Assembly (NCBI GenBank): GCA_036405175.1
Contig: DASWYC010000002.1
Location: 1 to 55,891 of the forward strand
Length of the DNA: 55,891 nt
Direction of reading: 5' to 3'
DNA from: Minisyncoccota bacterium
Lineage (GTDB): Bacteria > Patescibacteriota > Minisyncoccia > Phycocordibacterales > UBA1006
A model generated the notes under the pieces. The model was given only the letters and a program-made list of their open reading frames with translations, had not been told where the DNA came from and made no database searches. The position numbers and the translations under genes were made by a program. Of the stretch, positions 43,987 through 54,196 are shown piece after piece. Each line of letters starts with the position of its first letter. Position 1 is the first letter of the stretch.

Positions 43987-44901
43987 TTACGAGTTCTCAT
44001 TTTCCATAAAGTCGTAGACAACTTGAGCAAGCTTTTTAAGGGGAAATCTTTTATGAGGATTTAAGCTTTTGGTTACGGTAAATACAGAAATTGCATAATG
44101 AGAATTCTTGCCGGTAATTACTGCGGCATCATTCATCCAGCAGATATATGCCCAACCTTTGGTAAAAATACTTTTAACCAAACTAGTAAACTTTTTTGTA
44201 TAAAGATTTGTCTCTAGGTAGCCGCCTTTTCTATAAATTGAGTAATCGGGAAGTGAAAGTCCTCCACGGCCGGTACGGCTCCAGCGTTCCATGTATGATT
44301 TAAGATGTTGTGATACAAATGGGGAAATAAGTTGGTCAGTCTCAACTAAATACATAAATTCTGTTACATGGCGAGCGCAAGTTTTTGTGGTCTCGCTAAA
44401 CTGATATTTTTTATCTTCTTTAATACGATCAAGAAACTTTCTCGTGACTTCACTGCCATGCCAATTGTTTGCGTGAATAACATTGGTGATAATATTTTCT
44501 CGTCCAACAAGATCAATCAGTTGATTTGATGCTGTATTGTCACTGCGGGTAATCATAAGGTCAATAAGATAATCAATCGTAACTTCTTCACCAGCATTCA
44601 AAAGCTTCCGAGTATCGCCGGGAAAAATTCGAGCATCTTTATCTACATCATTAGGTGCTTTGATAATTACTTTTTGGTAAAATGAAAAGTTTCCGATTTC
44701 AATTTGTCGTAACATTTCTGCGCCAATAAAAACCTTATACACGGAAGCCGGATATATAAAGTGACCAAGATTGTATCCAAAAATTTCTGGTGCCGCATTT
44801 TTAAGATCAATAATTCCAATTCCCATTTCGTAATCAGTAAAACCATGTTGTTTCAAGATTTCAACAAGTTGAGCACTCTTTGTGTGATTTTCAGGGATCA
44901 T
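43987..44901 (-). CDS. class A beta-lactamase-fold serine hydrolase
   Basis: SxxK is ASVYKVF, SDN is TRSDNTASN, and the KTG-like motif is YRKGGY. Confidence 0.65.
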   Translation of the reverse strand: MIPENHTKSAQLVEILKQHGFTDYEMGIGIIDLKNAAPEIFGYNLGHFIYPASVYKVFIGAEMLRQIEIGNFSFYQKVIIKAPNDVDKDARIFPGDTRKLLNAGEEVTIDYLIDLMITRSDNTASNQLIDLVGRENIITNVIHANNWHGSEVTRKFLDRIKEDKKYQFSETTKTCARHVTEFMYLVETDQLISPFVSQHLKSYMERWSRTGRGGLSLPDYSIYRKGGYLETNLYTKKFTSLVKSIFTKGWAYICWMNDAAVITGKNSHYAISVFTVTKSLNPHKRFPLKKLAQVVYDFMENENS

Positions 44902-44904
44902 AGA

Positions 44905-46236
44905 TTATTGTTTCAAGACATTTTCTTTGCCGTACTCCATTACTGCAGCATCAATGCCAAGATGGAATTTAATACGCTGCGCCAAAAAGTTACATGATGA
45001 TGGTTCGCCAAGAATAGTGAAAACCTTTTTTGGTTTTTTGGGAAGATGTTCAATAAATGAAACAAGTCCGTTCACATCACGGTGACCAGAATATCCGGTT
45101 ACGGTGTCAAACTGAGCATTCACATGCACGGTCTTATCTTGAAGCTCAACAACTTTTACACCATCTTGCAACCGTCGTCCCAGTGTTCCCGGTGCTTGAT
45201 AGCCAACAAATACCACTGTTACATCTTTTTGCTTCAGCATGGTTTGATAGAGCGATAAGATTCTTCCACCATGAGACATTCCTGATCCTGCCAAAATAAT
45301 GCGGGGACCTTTTTGTTTTTTTAATGCTTCAGACTCATCTGCGGTTTGAATAACTTTAAGACCAGGGAAATTAAAAATATCATCGTGTTTAAGTTCGTTT
45401 TGAGAATCTTGATTAAGGTATTCTGGATAGCTTTCATAAATAGCGGTAACTTTTTGCCCAAGCGGCGTATCAAAAAATACGGGTACTCTATGGATCTGTT
45501 CTTCTTCAATAAGGTGATCAAGCGTATAGAGAATTTCCTGTGAGCGCTCTAAAGAAAATACTGGAATCAAGACGGTGTGACCATGGGTAAGTGGTCCTGT
45601 AATAGCACGTTTGAGTTGTTCTTCGCGAGAACCTGAAGCTTCGTGTTCGCGTGAACCGTACACGCATTCGGTAAATACAAAATCTGCACCAACTTCTTCG
45701 GTGTCTTTTAGCAATTGTGTTGGTGAATTTCCCATGTCTCCGGTATAAAGCGTCTTCACTCCTTCTGATTCAACCAAAGTAAGTGCTGACCCCAAAATGT
45801 GTCCCGCATCAAAATAGGTGAGGGTAGTTTGCTCAATAGTAAACGGTTGGTGATATTCGTGCGTAGTCCACAACGACATCACCGTCTCAACCGTTGAAAT
45901 AGGAAGCTTATCTTCTGGATTATTTTGATTATGAATCTTAAGTTGATCAATCAGCATGATCTCGGTGAGATCTTTAGTTGGTGGCGTTGAATGGATTGGG
46001 CCGCGATATCCTTGATCAATTAAAAAGAGGAGGGCGCCAATATGGTCAAGGTGAGCGTGAGAAATTGAAACGGCAGTGATTTCATTAATATTGAACGTGA
46101 ATTTACCGTTGTCTTTTTCTCGAAAATTTCCCTGAAACATCCCGCAGTCTAAAAGAATAGAAGTATTGTTATGTTTATAGATAAAACGAGCACCAGTAAC
46201 GGTGTCTGCGCCACCGTGAGAGGTCATTGAGATCAT
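44905..46236 (-). CDS. MBL-fold beta-CASP ribonuclease
   Basis: HxHxDH appears as ISHAHLDHIGAL. Length and later His/Asp motifs fit the RNA-metabolising metallo-beta-lactamase family. Confidence 0.75.
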   Translation of the reverse strand: MISMTSHGGADTVTGARFIYKHNNTSILLDCGMFQGNFREKDNGKFTFNINEITAVSISHAHLDHIGALLFLIDQGYRGPIHSTPPTKDLTEIMLIDQLKIHNQNNPEDKLPISTVETVMSLWTTHEYHQPFTIEQTTLTYFDAGHILGSALTLVESEGVKTLYTGDMGNSPTQLLKDTEEVGADFVFTECVYGSREHEASGSREEQLKRAITGPLTHGHTVLIPVFSLERSQEILYTLDHLIEEEQIHRVPVFFDTPLGQKVTAIYESYPEYLNQDSQNELKHDDIFNFPGLKVIQTADESEALKKQKGPRIILAGSGMSHGGRILSLYQTMLKQKDVTVVFVGYQAPGTLGRRLQDGVKVVELQDKTVHVNAQFDTVTGYSGHRDVNGLVSFIEHLPKKPKKVFTILGEPSSCNFLAQRIKFHLGIDAAVMEYGKENVLKQ

Positions 46237-46337
46237 AGAATTAGTATATCACTGGCAAATTTGAGTCATGCCGGTCTGTATTGACAACCCTACCGCTTTG
46301 CTTGCGAAATAACGGTTTTGGCATATACTAAACGCAT

Positions 46338-48002
46338 ATGAAGACATATTCATTTCGTTCAATAATCGCTGCTGTGGTGGTGATTGCGGGCATGGTAGGC
46401 TTTGCATCATCTGCTCAGGCGGCAACCTATACCAGTACATCAAGTTATTGCCGTATGGGAAGTGCAACGCTACGCGTTGGTTCACGCGGAAACTCTGTAT
46501 CAAAATTACAGGAAATTTTGAGTAATTACTTTGATGAAGATATTTCGCAAGATGGCGTATTTGGTCGTATGACTCGCCAATATGTGAGAGACTTTCAATC
46601 AAGTGAAGGTTTGTATGCTGATGGCGTAGTTGGATCACAAACTCGTGCTGCATTAACTGATTGGTGTGAACAAGATATTGATGGTGATAATAACAATAAT
46701 GGAAACGGGAATAATAACGGACAATATCCCACCAGTCGTACCGGATCATTCGGACAAAGTATTACGCTTTACCGAGGTGATTCAGTAAAGTTTACCGACG
46801 GAATGGTTCTTGATGTTGTATCAATCGATGACTCACGCTGTTCTGGAAATAATCAATGTTTCTGGCAGGGTGATCTTGCAGCAACTGTTCGATTGTATGG
46901 CGGAAGTAGCGGAACTTCACGAGAAGTACGTTTGAGTACCTATAGCGGAAGCAGTCAAACGATTGATGGCTATACCATTAAATTGTATGGCGCATCATCT
47001 AAGAGTATTCAGGTTGTGGTAACAAGTTCATACAATAATGTATCAAACACCGTAGAAGTTGGACGAGAATTCTCACTCTACCGCGGACAAAGCGCAACCA
47101 TTCAGGGGCGTTCAATCACATTGACCCTTGAAGGCACCTACGGAAATCTTTGTGAAGCACAAAATAACGGTAATTACTGTACTATGCAGTATCAGCCAGT
47201 TGCTAAAGTGAATATTAATCAGGCCAACACTAATCGCTATGGTGTTACCTTGACTACGGACCGTGATGAAAATGTTGATAATCTTTATTTGCGTCTTATT
47301 TCAATTGAGAATCCTTCAGGGCAGCAAAGTGCGCGTTTTATCTTGAAGTATTCTAATGACTACTACAATACTGGTAGTGTTAACTACGATACCGTAAGCG
47401 GAATTACTAACAATTCAGCAACGCTTAGTGCTTCATTCTTGAGTAGCTATTACAGCCAAACAGGATACTTTGAATATGGAACAAGTTCAAATAATCTTTA
47501 CCAAAAGACCAGTACTACCAGTTTGTCTCAAGGACGCATGAATAAAACATTGTATGATTTGACTTCAAACACTACCTACTATTACCGAGCAGTGATTATT
47601 GAATATCCAAATGGATCAAATACTCCTAATTATAAATATGGAGATGTGAGAAGTTTTACTACTTCAAATAACTACAATAACAATGGATATACAACGTTGA
47701 CTACCAACTCTGCAACGAATGTAACCTATAATTCTGCAACATTGAGTGGATATATTGATGGTGTTTCAAATTACAATAATGGAACTGTGTACTTTGAATA
47801 CGGAACCAATTCAAATGATCTCTATCAAAAGACATCATCAAATAGTGTTTCAAACTCATCAGTTACCCAGAGTGTTTATAGTCTTCAACCAAATACAACT
47901 TATTACTATCGCATCGTGGTAGACACATTGGTGTACGGTGGGGATGGTGCACGCTTTAAGTACGGAGATATTCGTAGCTTTACCACCAGCTACTCATATT
48001 AA
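46338..48002 (+). CDS. secreted protein: peptidoglycan-binding domain, two Cys-containing beta modules, two FN3-like repeats
   Basis: Signal peptide. The PG_binding_1 pattern is GSRGNSVSKLQEIL..DGVFGRMTRQYVRDFQSSEGLYADGVVGSQTRAAL. The repeats end in NTTYYYR....YGD(V/I)RSFTT. Confidence 0.7.
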   Translation: MKTYSFRSIIAAVVVIAGMVGFASSAQAATYTSTSSYCRMGSATLRVGSRGNSVSKLQEILSNYFDEDISQDGVFGRMTRQYVRDFQSSEGLYADGVVGSQTRAALTDWCEQDIDGDNNNNGNGNNNGQYPTSRTGSFGQSITLYRGDSVKFTDGMVLDVVSIDDSRCSGNNQCFWQGDLAATVRLYGGSSGTSREVRLSTYSGSSQTIDGYTIKLYGASSKSIQVVVTSSYNNVSNTVEVGREFSLYRGQSATIQGRSITLTLEGTYGNLCEAQNNGNYCTMQYQPVAKVNINQANTNRYGVTLTTDRDENVDNLYLRLISIENPSGQQSARFILKYSNDYYNTGSVNYDTVSGITNNSATLSASFLSSYYSQTGYFEYGTSSNNLYQKTSTTSLSQGRMNKTLYDLTSNTTYYYRAVIIEYPNGSNTPNYKYGDVRSFTTSNNYNNNGYTTLTTNSATNVTYNSATLSGYIDGVSNYNNGTVYFEYGTNSNDLYQKTSSNSVSNSSVTQSVYSLQPNTTYYYRIVVDTLVYGGDGARFKYGDIRSFTTSYSY

Positions 48003-48008
48003 ATTTGA

Positions 48009-48053
48009 GGGCCCAGCAAAAAATCCGCTTTTGGCGGATTTTTTGCTGGGCCC
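48009..48053 (+). terminator. 20-bp perfect-stem bidirectional-type terminator
   Basis: gggcccagcaaaaaatccgc ttttg gcggattttttgctgggccc. Confidence 0.8.
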
Positions 48054-48090
48054 GTTTGACAAGTTTCAATTATGGTACACTACAAGTATT

Positions 48091-50697
48091 ATGAAACCGC
48101 ACAAGCTCTTTGCAGCAAGTATTTCATTTATTTTAGCATTAACATTATTTATTAGTTTTAATAGTTCAGCGTCGGCACAAACAGCTTCATCGTCAGATCT
48201 TAGCTGTGCACCATTTTCAACACGTCTTCAGCGAGGTTCTCGCGGATCATACGTAGTATGGCTCCAGCAAGTGCTTGGGCGCTATCTTGGCACCAGCGTT
48301 GATGCCGATGGAGTATTTGGTCGCGGAACACTTAAATATGTAAGCGACTTCCAATCAGGCGAAGGGCTTACCGCTGACGGTGTTGTGGGAACACAAACTC
48401 GTGCAGCACTCTTTAACTGGTGTAATCAAAATCAAACAGGTGGCATTAAATCACCAAACGCTTTGTATCCAGCTTACGACTCACAATTCACCATGCGTCC
48501 TGGACAACGGGCAACGTTCCCAGATAATATGACCATTCATCTTGCTCGTATTATTGACTCTCGTTGTAATTATGCAAGCGGAGTTGAATGCGTGTGGGCA
48601 GGAGAAATTTCTGCAACCATGAGTGTTTCAGGAGGAGTATTTGGTAATAGTGTTCAGCAGGTTCAATTGGGAACCAGCACACGTAATTCAACCACCATCT
48701 CAGGATACACATTTACTCTTATGAATGGTGAAGCAAATCAGATCACTCTCGTAGTTTCAAGTAAAAATCCTGGAACGACTCGACAAACCGTAAATGTGGG
48801 AGATACATTTACTCTTAAAAAGAATGAAACCGTAAATGTTAGAAACCAAGCAATTGAGCTAACCCTTGATAGTATATATAACAGTGGGTGTTCAAGAGCA
48901 TCTACTAGTGTTCCATGTACTACCGTATATATTGAAACAGCAAAAGTTAATGCAGTACTGGGAGGTGACGTTTCAATTCCTGTACCAGCCCTTATTGTTG
49001 GACAAGAAAAAACTTTATATGGTGATTTATCAATTAAATTCTTAGGATCAAGTAACAGTAATACATCTGGACGCTTTGTTATAACGAATAAACAAACGGG
49101 AACAACCCCTGTAGTTACAAGCAGTTACGTTGATAGCCTTGCAACCAATACCGCTCGATTGAACATGTACGTTGATCTTGGTAAATACTCATCATCTTCT
49201 ACAACAGCTCACTTTACGTACTTTGCATCAGGGCGTGACTACATTGAGGTAAGTCCAAATGCGACCTATTCAAATGGAACATATAGTTATGTTCTTACCA
49301 ACCTCAACTCATCAACCACCTACTCATATACTCCAGTAGTTGTATATAGAGATTCTTCAGGAGCTGAACGACGCGTAGAAGGAACCAGCAAGAGCTTTAC
49401 TACGGAAGCTGCTAACGGTGGACCAGGAGTACGTACCGACTCGGGTACCAATGTTACTGCAACCACGGCAACCTTGAATGGATATGTAGTAAGTACTTCT
49501 CCTTCAGAGGTTATGTTCTTCCAATATGGAACATCGGACACTAACTTCAACAACTCAACACCACAAAAAACAGCTGCTACCGGAGACTTCACGGCTAACC
49601 TTACTGGCCTTACTCCAAATACCACCTATTACTTCCGAGGTGTAGTTATTACCTCAAATGGTGCATATCGCTACGGATCAAACTCAACATTTAAAACTGA
49701 TAGCAGCATAAAAGGATTAGATCCTATTGCTCAGACTAACGCTGCAACAGCAATTACTCAAACAGGAGCAACTCTTAACGGAAATGCATCAGGGGTAGTT
49801 GAAGAAAATGCTGCGTGTACCAACAGTATTCCTCCTAGCTGTACGAGCACCAGCAATATGAAGATGCACTTCCAATACGGAACTTCAAGTGCTAATCTCA
49901 ACGCGTTTACTCCTCAGCAAACAGCAACGAATGGAAACTTTACCGCAAACCTTGCTGGACTTACTGCAAACACCACGTACTACTTCCGCGCAGCGCTTAG
50001 ACTCGTAGATGGATCATATGTGTATGGAGAAATACGCAGCTTTACCACTACCGCAGCATCAAATAACGCTGTGACGGTGCAGACAAAAGGCTCAAGTTCG
50101 ATTGACGCTGGAGGGGCAATATTGGATGGATATATAACCGGTCTTCCAGATTACTTCACAACCAACAACAAGGAGAAGCGCTATTTCCAGTATGGAACTA
50201 CTCAGTCTCTTGGAATTGATAGTGCTAAAGAGCCTGCATATAACGGAGGATATACAACAAGGCTTACTAGTCTTCTCTCAAATACCACATACTACTTCCG
50301 AGCAGTAGTAGATATGGGGGATGGAACATTTAAGTATGGATCAATTCTTAGCTTTAAAACAACTGCGCCAGTTGATAATTCAGCAATGACCGTAGAAACA
50401 CTTGCTGCAACAAATATCGTACCAGTATCAGCAATTCTTAACGGACGTGCTGCAGGAATTCCAGCCTATTTTGCACAAAATAATGTAGAAAAGGTATTCT
50501 TCCAGTATGGAACAAGTCGAACAAGCCTTTCATTCTCTACAAAAGAAGAATCGGCGTATTCGGGTGACTTTAATACCCCCGTAAGCGGACTTACTCCCGG
50601 AAATACTTACTATTTCCGTGCCGCCCTTAAACTCGGCAATGGTACTGTAAAATACGGATCAACCCTATTCTTTACAACCAGTGCTGCAGATTGGTAA
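48091..50697 (+). CDS. paralogous secreted protein: PG-binding domain, two beta modules, five FN3-like repeats
   Basis: ATG 48091 gives the signal peptide MKPHKLFAASISFILALTLFISF. The architecture matches 46338..48002, with five ..NTTYYFRA.....YGS...F(K/T)T repeat endings. Confidence 0.7.
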   Translation: MKPHKLFAASISFILALTLFISFNSSASAQTASSSDLSCAPFSTRLQRGSRGSYVVWLQQVLGRYLGTSVDADGVFGRGTLKYVSDFQSGEGLTADGVVGTQTRAALFNWCNQNQTGGIKSPNALYPAYDSQFTMRPGQRATFPDNMTIHLARIIDSRCNYASGVECVWAGEISATMSVSGGVFGNSVQQVQLGTSTRNSTTISGYTFTLMNGEANQITLVVSSKNPGTTRQTVNVGDTFTLKKNETVNVRNQAIELTLDSIYNSGCSRASTSVPCTTVYIETAKVNAVLGGDVSIPVPALIVGQEKTLYGDLSIKFLGSSNSNTSGRFVITNKQTGTTPVVTSSYVDSLATNTARLNMYVDLGKYSSSSTTAHFTYFASGRDYIEVSPNATYSNGTYSYVLTNLNSSTTYSYTPVVVYRDSSGAERRVEGTSKSFTTEAANGGPGVRTDSGTNVTATTATLNGYVVSTSPSEVMFFQYGTSDTNFNNSTPQKTAATGDFTANLTGLTPNTTYYFRGVVITSNGAYRYGSNSTFKTDSSIKGLDPIAQTNAATAITQTGATLNGNASGVVEENAACTNSIPPSCTSTSNMKMHFQYGTSSANLNAFTPQQTATNGNFTANLAGLTANTTYYFRAALRLVDGSYVYGEIRSFTTTAASNNAVTVQTKGSSSIDAGGAILDGYITGLPDYFTTNNKEKRYFQYGTTQSLGIDSAKEPAYNGGYTTRLTSLLSNTTYYFRAVVDMGDGTFKYGSILSFKTTAPVDNSAMTVETLAATNIVPVSAILNGRAAGIPAYFAQNNVEKVFFQYGTSRTSLSFSTKEESAYSGDFNTPVSGLTPGNTYYFRAALKLGNGTVKYGSTLFFTTSAADW

Positions 50698-50700
50698 AAA

Positions 50701-50742
50701 GCACACTAAAAAATCCACCAAATGGTGGATTTTTTAGTGTGC
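50701..50742 (+). terminator. 20-bp perfect-stem bidirectional-type terminator
   Basis: gcacactaaaaaatccacca aa tggtggattttttagtgtgc. Confidence 0.8.
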
Positions 50743-50929
50743 TCGCTTTGCGAGAAGTTCTTGCAAATGCTAAGACGTGGTATCCATATGATATATTCCA
50801 AAGGAATCTATCAAAGCCGGACCCAAAAATTTTTTGTTCAAAAACATTCTTATACGAGCACTCTTTAATCCTAGCAGACTTCATCAGTTTTGAGACGTTG
50901 ACGCCAACAATAATTTTTGTTGTGAAAAA

Positions 50930-51526
50930 CTATTCTGTATATCCATCAATATCAACATCTTTAATCATTGCTTCATTGATATGACGATAACTCAGGAGTT
51001 CTTCTTTTTTGAACCACAGATTGATTTCAAAATCAGATTCTTCAGATTCACCGGTGCAGTGAATAAGGTTGCGTGTTGAGCGATTCATGGCGTTTGCGAG
51101 CTCATATGAGTCAATCGTAAAGTCTCCACGGATCGTTCCAACATCAGAGGTAAGCGGTTCGGTTCCTCCAACAAGCTTTTTAACAATCGCAACTGCGTGA
51201 TTTCCTTCAAGTACCAATTGAACCACTGGCCCCGAGGTAATGTATTTGATAAGGGTATCAACAATATCTCGTCCATATTCAACGGCAGACTTTGTTGGGG
51301 TCTTGCCAAGCCGCTCCATGTCTTTAATTTGATTAGCACCTTTACGTTCGCACCAGGCATCGTCCTTTCCGTAGTGGGTAAGTGCGCGCTCACGATCAGG
51401 AATTATCATTTTCATTCCTACAATCTTGAGTCCTGCTCGTTCAAAGCGGCCAACGATTTCACCAACAAGACTTCGTTGGATTCCATCGTGTTTAATCATC
51501 ACAAAACTTCGTTCAATGGTATGCAT
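50930..51526 (-). CDS. ndk: nucleoside diphosphate kinase (long form)
   Basis: ERSFVMIKHDGIQRSLVGEIVGRFERAGLKIVGMKM and GTIRGDF. The start was chosen at ATG 51526. Confidence 0.8.
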   Translation of the reverse strand: MHTIERSFVMIKHDGIQRSLVGEIVGRFERAGLKIVGMKMIIPDRERALTHYGKDDAWCERKGANQIKDMERLGKTPTKSAVEYGRDIVDTLIKYITSGPVVQLVLEGNHAVAIVKKLVGGTEPLTSDVGTIRGDFTIDSYELANAMNRSTRNLIHCTGESEESDFEINLWFKKEELLSYRHINEAMIKDVDIDGYTE

Positions 51527-51662
51527 ATGAAGGTATGGTATCACTATTTAGACAAGGTTGCCATGCAGAATAGGGTGAATTTTGGGCAGTTTTGTAGGAT
51601 TGAAATTTATATAAAATACGGTATACTAGGAAAGCTTTAGAAATGAGCTTTCTAAACAATAT

Positions 51663-51734
51663 TCCTCGGTAGCTCAGTGGTAGAGCAGGCGACTGTTAAT
51701 CGCTTGGTCGTAGGTTCGAATCCTACCCGGGGAG
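51663..51734 (+). tRNA. tRNA-Asn (anticodon GTT)
   Basis: Manual cloverleaf: acceptor tcctcgg/ccgggga (one GU), D arm gctc-agtggta-gagc, anticodon stem-loop ggcga-ctGTTaa-tcgct, T arm gtagg-ttcgaat-cctac. CCA is not encoded. Confidence 0.9.
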
Positions 51735-51742
51735 CAAGTTAT

Positions 51743-52534
51743 ATGGAAAAACTATCAATAAGCAGCCTAGCTCCAGATATTGAAGTAGAAGAAAAAGTGG
51801 AATTGCCTGAGACTAATTCTTTTTTGAATCAAGAAAAAAATATACAGGAAGTATTTAAGCTGAATCCTGAATTACGAGAAATAGCCCTAAAGTCTAGTGG
51901 AATTTCTGATGGTACATTGAGTATTGAAAAGCAAAATCAGGAAGCTGTAAAAAAATACGCTGAATATCTTGAAACTATATTTCCTGAAAGTAGGGTTAAG
52001 GAGATTGTGTGGCATGGCACAAATGGAGACTGGTATAAGACAGATAATTTCAACTTAGAGTTATCTGGAACAGGTAGTGGTAACAATAGTAACACAGAAG
52101 GTATTTATTTTATCAAGTATCCTTCTGCTGCAAAAGGTTTTGGAGATAAAAAAACAATTTTCCCCGCTATTATTGATATTAAGAATCCAAATATCGTTGG
52201 GTTAAGTAAGTTTAACCAGACTTGGTTTAATAAGGAAGAGTATCTTAAATTAAAGACAGGAGACGGTATAATTGCAGAACAAGAGAAAACTCCAGAGGAA
52301 TATTATGATGAAGCCTTGGCTAAGTATGAGGAGGGCCTTGATAGATATCAAAAAATGGAAAATCCTACAGTCTGGGACTATAAGATTTTAAACAAACCAA
52401 AAAGTCCTGAAGATTTTCATGAAGAGCAATTATCTACAACCTATGTTGTATTTAGACCTGAGCAAATTCATATCCTTGGCTCACAATCAGATAGCGAAAG
52501 ATTTAAAGAATTCGTTGACAAGGTTGAATCTTAG
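51743..52534 (+). CDS. hypothetical protein, possibly ADP-ribosyltransferase-like (weak)
   Basis: ATG 51743 lies 8 nt after the tRNA; the track ORF start at 51677 runs through the tRNA. VWHGTN...EGIYF resembles the H..Y part of some ART folds. AT-rich. Confidence 0.4.
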   Translation: MEKLSISSLAPDIEVEEKVELPETNSFLNQEKNIQEVFKLNPELREIALKSSGISDGTLSIEKQNQEAVKKYAEYLETIFPESRVKEIVWHGTNGDWYKTDNFNLELSGTGSGNNSNTEGIYFIKYPSAAKGFGDKKTIFPAIIDIKNPNIVGLSKFNQTWFNKEEYLKLKTGDGIIAEQEKTPEEYYDEALAKYEEGLDRYQKMENPTVWDYKILNKPKSPEDFHEEQLSTTYVVFRPEQIHILGSQSDSERFKEFVDKVES

Positions 52535-52607
52535 GTTAGAGAGCTTTACGGAAAGTAGTTGCTGAAGAAAATTCTATTTATGAAAAGAAAGAATTACAAA
52601 GCCTTTT

Positions 52608-53033
52608 TTATATAACGGCATATTTCTTTTTCATCTCAACAAAAGATTTTTTAATAATTTGTTTAAGAACAGCAATATCAATATCTGCAAGTTTTTTGAT
52701 ATAGAGACAGCCTTTACTTGTCTTATGCTTGCCAAGTTTTTCTAAAAGAGGAGTGAAGTCAGATAAATTAAACATAATATAGAGGGTGAGATTTTGTTTG
52801 CGAGGTGAAAATCCAGTAAGCGGCCAAACACCTTTTTGCGTACTGTGCTCAGATTCATAATGGTACTTTCCAAAGCCAATAATGCTGGTACCCCACATCA
52901 CAGACTTTTCTCCTGTAACTTCTTTGAAAATTTTAAGGAGTTCTTGGGCATCCTTACGCTTTGCCTCATCGGGAAGAGATTTAATAAATTCAAGAGCGCT
53001 TGCTTTGGTTGCTTTTGTTTTGAGCTCTGCCAT
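52608..53033 (-). CDS. DUF1801 (YdhG-like) domain protein
   Basis: Begins at MAELKTKATK; SALEFIKSLPDEAKRKDAQELLKIFKEVTGEKSVMWGTSIIGFGKYHY fits DUF1801. Confidence 0.65.
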   Translation of the reverse strand: MAELKTKATKASALEFIKSLPDEAKRKDAQELLKIFKEVTGEKSVMWGTSIIGFGKYHYESEHSTQKGVWPLTGFSPRKQNLTLYIMFNLSDFTPLLEKLGKHKTSKGCLYIKKLADIDIAVLKQIIKKSFVEMKKKYAVI

Positions 53034-53083
53034 TAGGGTAAGTATATCAAATGTGTGGTTTTGTAATCCTATATAATATGGGT

Positions 53084-53665
53084 ATGAAAAAACAAACAAC
53101 TACTTCATCTAAAAAAGAACTCTCTTCAAAACAAGCCGAAGAGCTCATTAAAATTTTAAAAGCTCGTTTTGAAAAGAATATGAATCGTCACAAGGGAATT
53201 GGGTGGTCTAAGGTACAAGCAAAACTTGAATCAAATCCTAAAAAATTATGGTCACTCAATGAAATGGAAATAAGTGGCGGAGAACCGGATGTTGTTGGGT
53301 TTGATAAAAAGACCGGTGAATATATTTTTTATGATTGCTCAGCAGAAAGTCCAAAAGGTCGCAGAAGTCTTTGTTATGATGGCAAAGCACTAGAATCTCG
53401 AAAAGAGTTTAAGCCAAAAAGTAATGCCCTTGATATGGCTACAACGATGGGGATTGAAATGCTTGCCGTTGAAGAATATAGTAACCTACAAAAACTTGGT
53501 GAATTTGATCTTAAAACTTCAAGCTGGATAACAACGCCAGCTGATATTAGAAAACTTGGCGGGGCTATCTTTGCTGATCGTCGCTATGATAACGTTTTCA
53601 TTTATCACAATGGTGCAGAATCATACTATGCTGCACGTGGATTCCGTGGATCATTACGAGTTTAA
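53084..53665 (+). CDS. DUF4256-family protein
   Basis: LIKILKARFEKNMNRHKGIGWSKVQAKLE...MEISGGEPDVVGFD...YIFYDCSAESP. TATAAT lies 6 nt before ATG 53084. Confidence 0.65.
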   Translation: MKKQTTTSSKKELSSKQAEELIKILKARFEKNMNRHKGIGWSKVQAKLESNPKKLWSLNEMEISGGEPDVVGFDKKTGEYIFYDCSAESPKGRRSLCYDGKALESRKEFKPKSNALDMATTMGIEMLAVEEYSNLQKLGEFDLKTSSWITTPADIRKLGGAIFADRRYDNVFIYHNGAESYYAARGFRGSLRV

Positions 53666-53712
53666 ACAGTGTATAAAGTTCATGAGTGTAAGAGTGATAT
53701 ACTGAGCGTAAT

Positions 53713-54105
53713 ATGTATATATTAGACACAACACAAATTATTGCTCAGGTATTTGGTCTTATTATTACTATCTTTGGACTTTCAATTATCGTTAATCAAA
53801 CAAGTGTCATCGCGAGTTTGCAGAAGACGATTGAAAGCAAGGCAGTTCTGTGGGTGCTTGGATTTATAACCCTTATTATCGGTGCTGTGATGGTTGTATT
53901 TCATAATTTGTGGACAACTGGCCTGGAATTATTTATTACAATCTTGGGATGGCTCACCTTGATAAAAGGAATCATTATTTTAACCTTTCCAAATATCGCT
54001 GCACGTTGGTACCGAAAGGTGATGACGCACAATGTTATTATTATTCACGCATTCATCGTCACGATTATTGGAGCAGGGTTACTCTATTTTGGTTTTTGTG
54101 CGTAA
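53713..54105 (+). CDS. four-helix membrane protein
   Basis: Hydrophobic 130-aa ORF. Confidence 0.45.
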   Translation: MYILDTTQIIAQVFGLIITIFGLSIIVNQTSVIASLQKTIESKAVLWVLGFITLIIGAVMVVFHNLWTTGLELFITILGWLTLIKGIIILTFPNIAARWYRKVMTHNVIIIHAFIVTIIGAGLLYFGFCA

Positions 54106-54196
54106 AAAATAGGTGATTTTTAATACAATAAAAATATATTGATTTACGATAAATACTATGATACGATGAAACTATTAATCAATTAGTATTTATTGT

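Noticed and set aside
46249-46749. Antisense or alternative-frame ORFs inside well-supported genes (46249..46749, 25142..25639, 22414..22878, 18317..18538, 23292..23582, 23295..23498, 49320..49625 and similar)
   Set aside because: Each lies within a gene that has strong family motifs on the other strand or frame. Several arise from low-complexity Ala/Gly-rich coding repeats.
50672-50884. 70-aa minus-strand ORF downstream of ndk
   Set aside because: It runs through the 20-bp terminator stem of the upstream surface-protein gene and has no start context or recognisable features.
51677-51742. N-terminal 22 codons of track ORF 51677..52534
   Set aside because: They are the tRNA-Asn sequence read as protein (..VEQATVNRLVVGSNPTRG..). 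The real start is ATG 51743.
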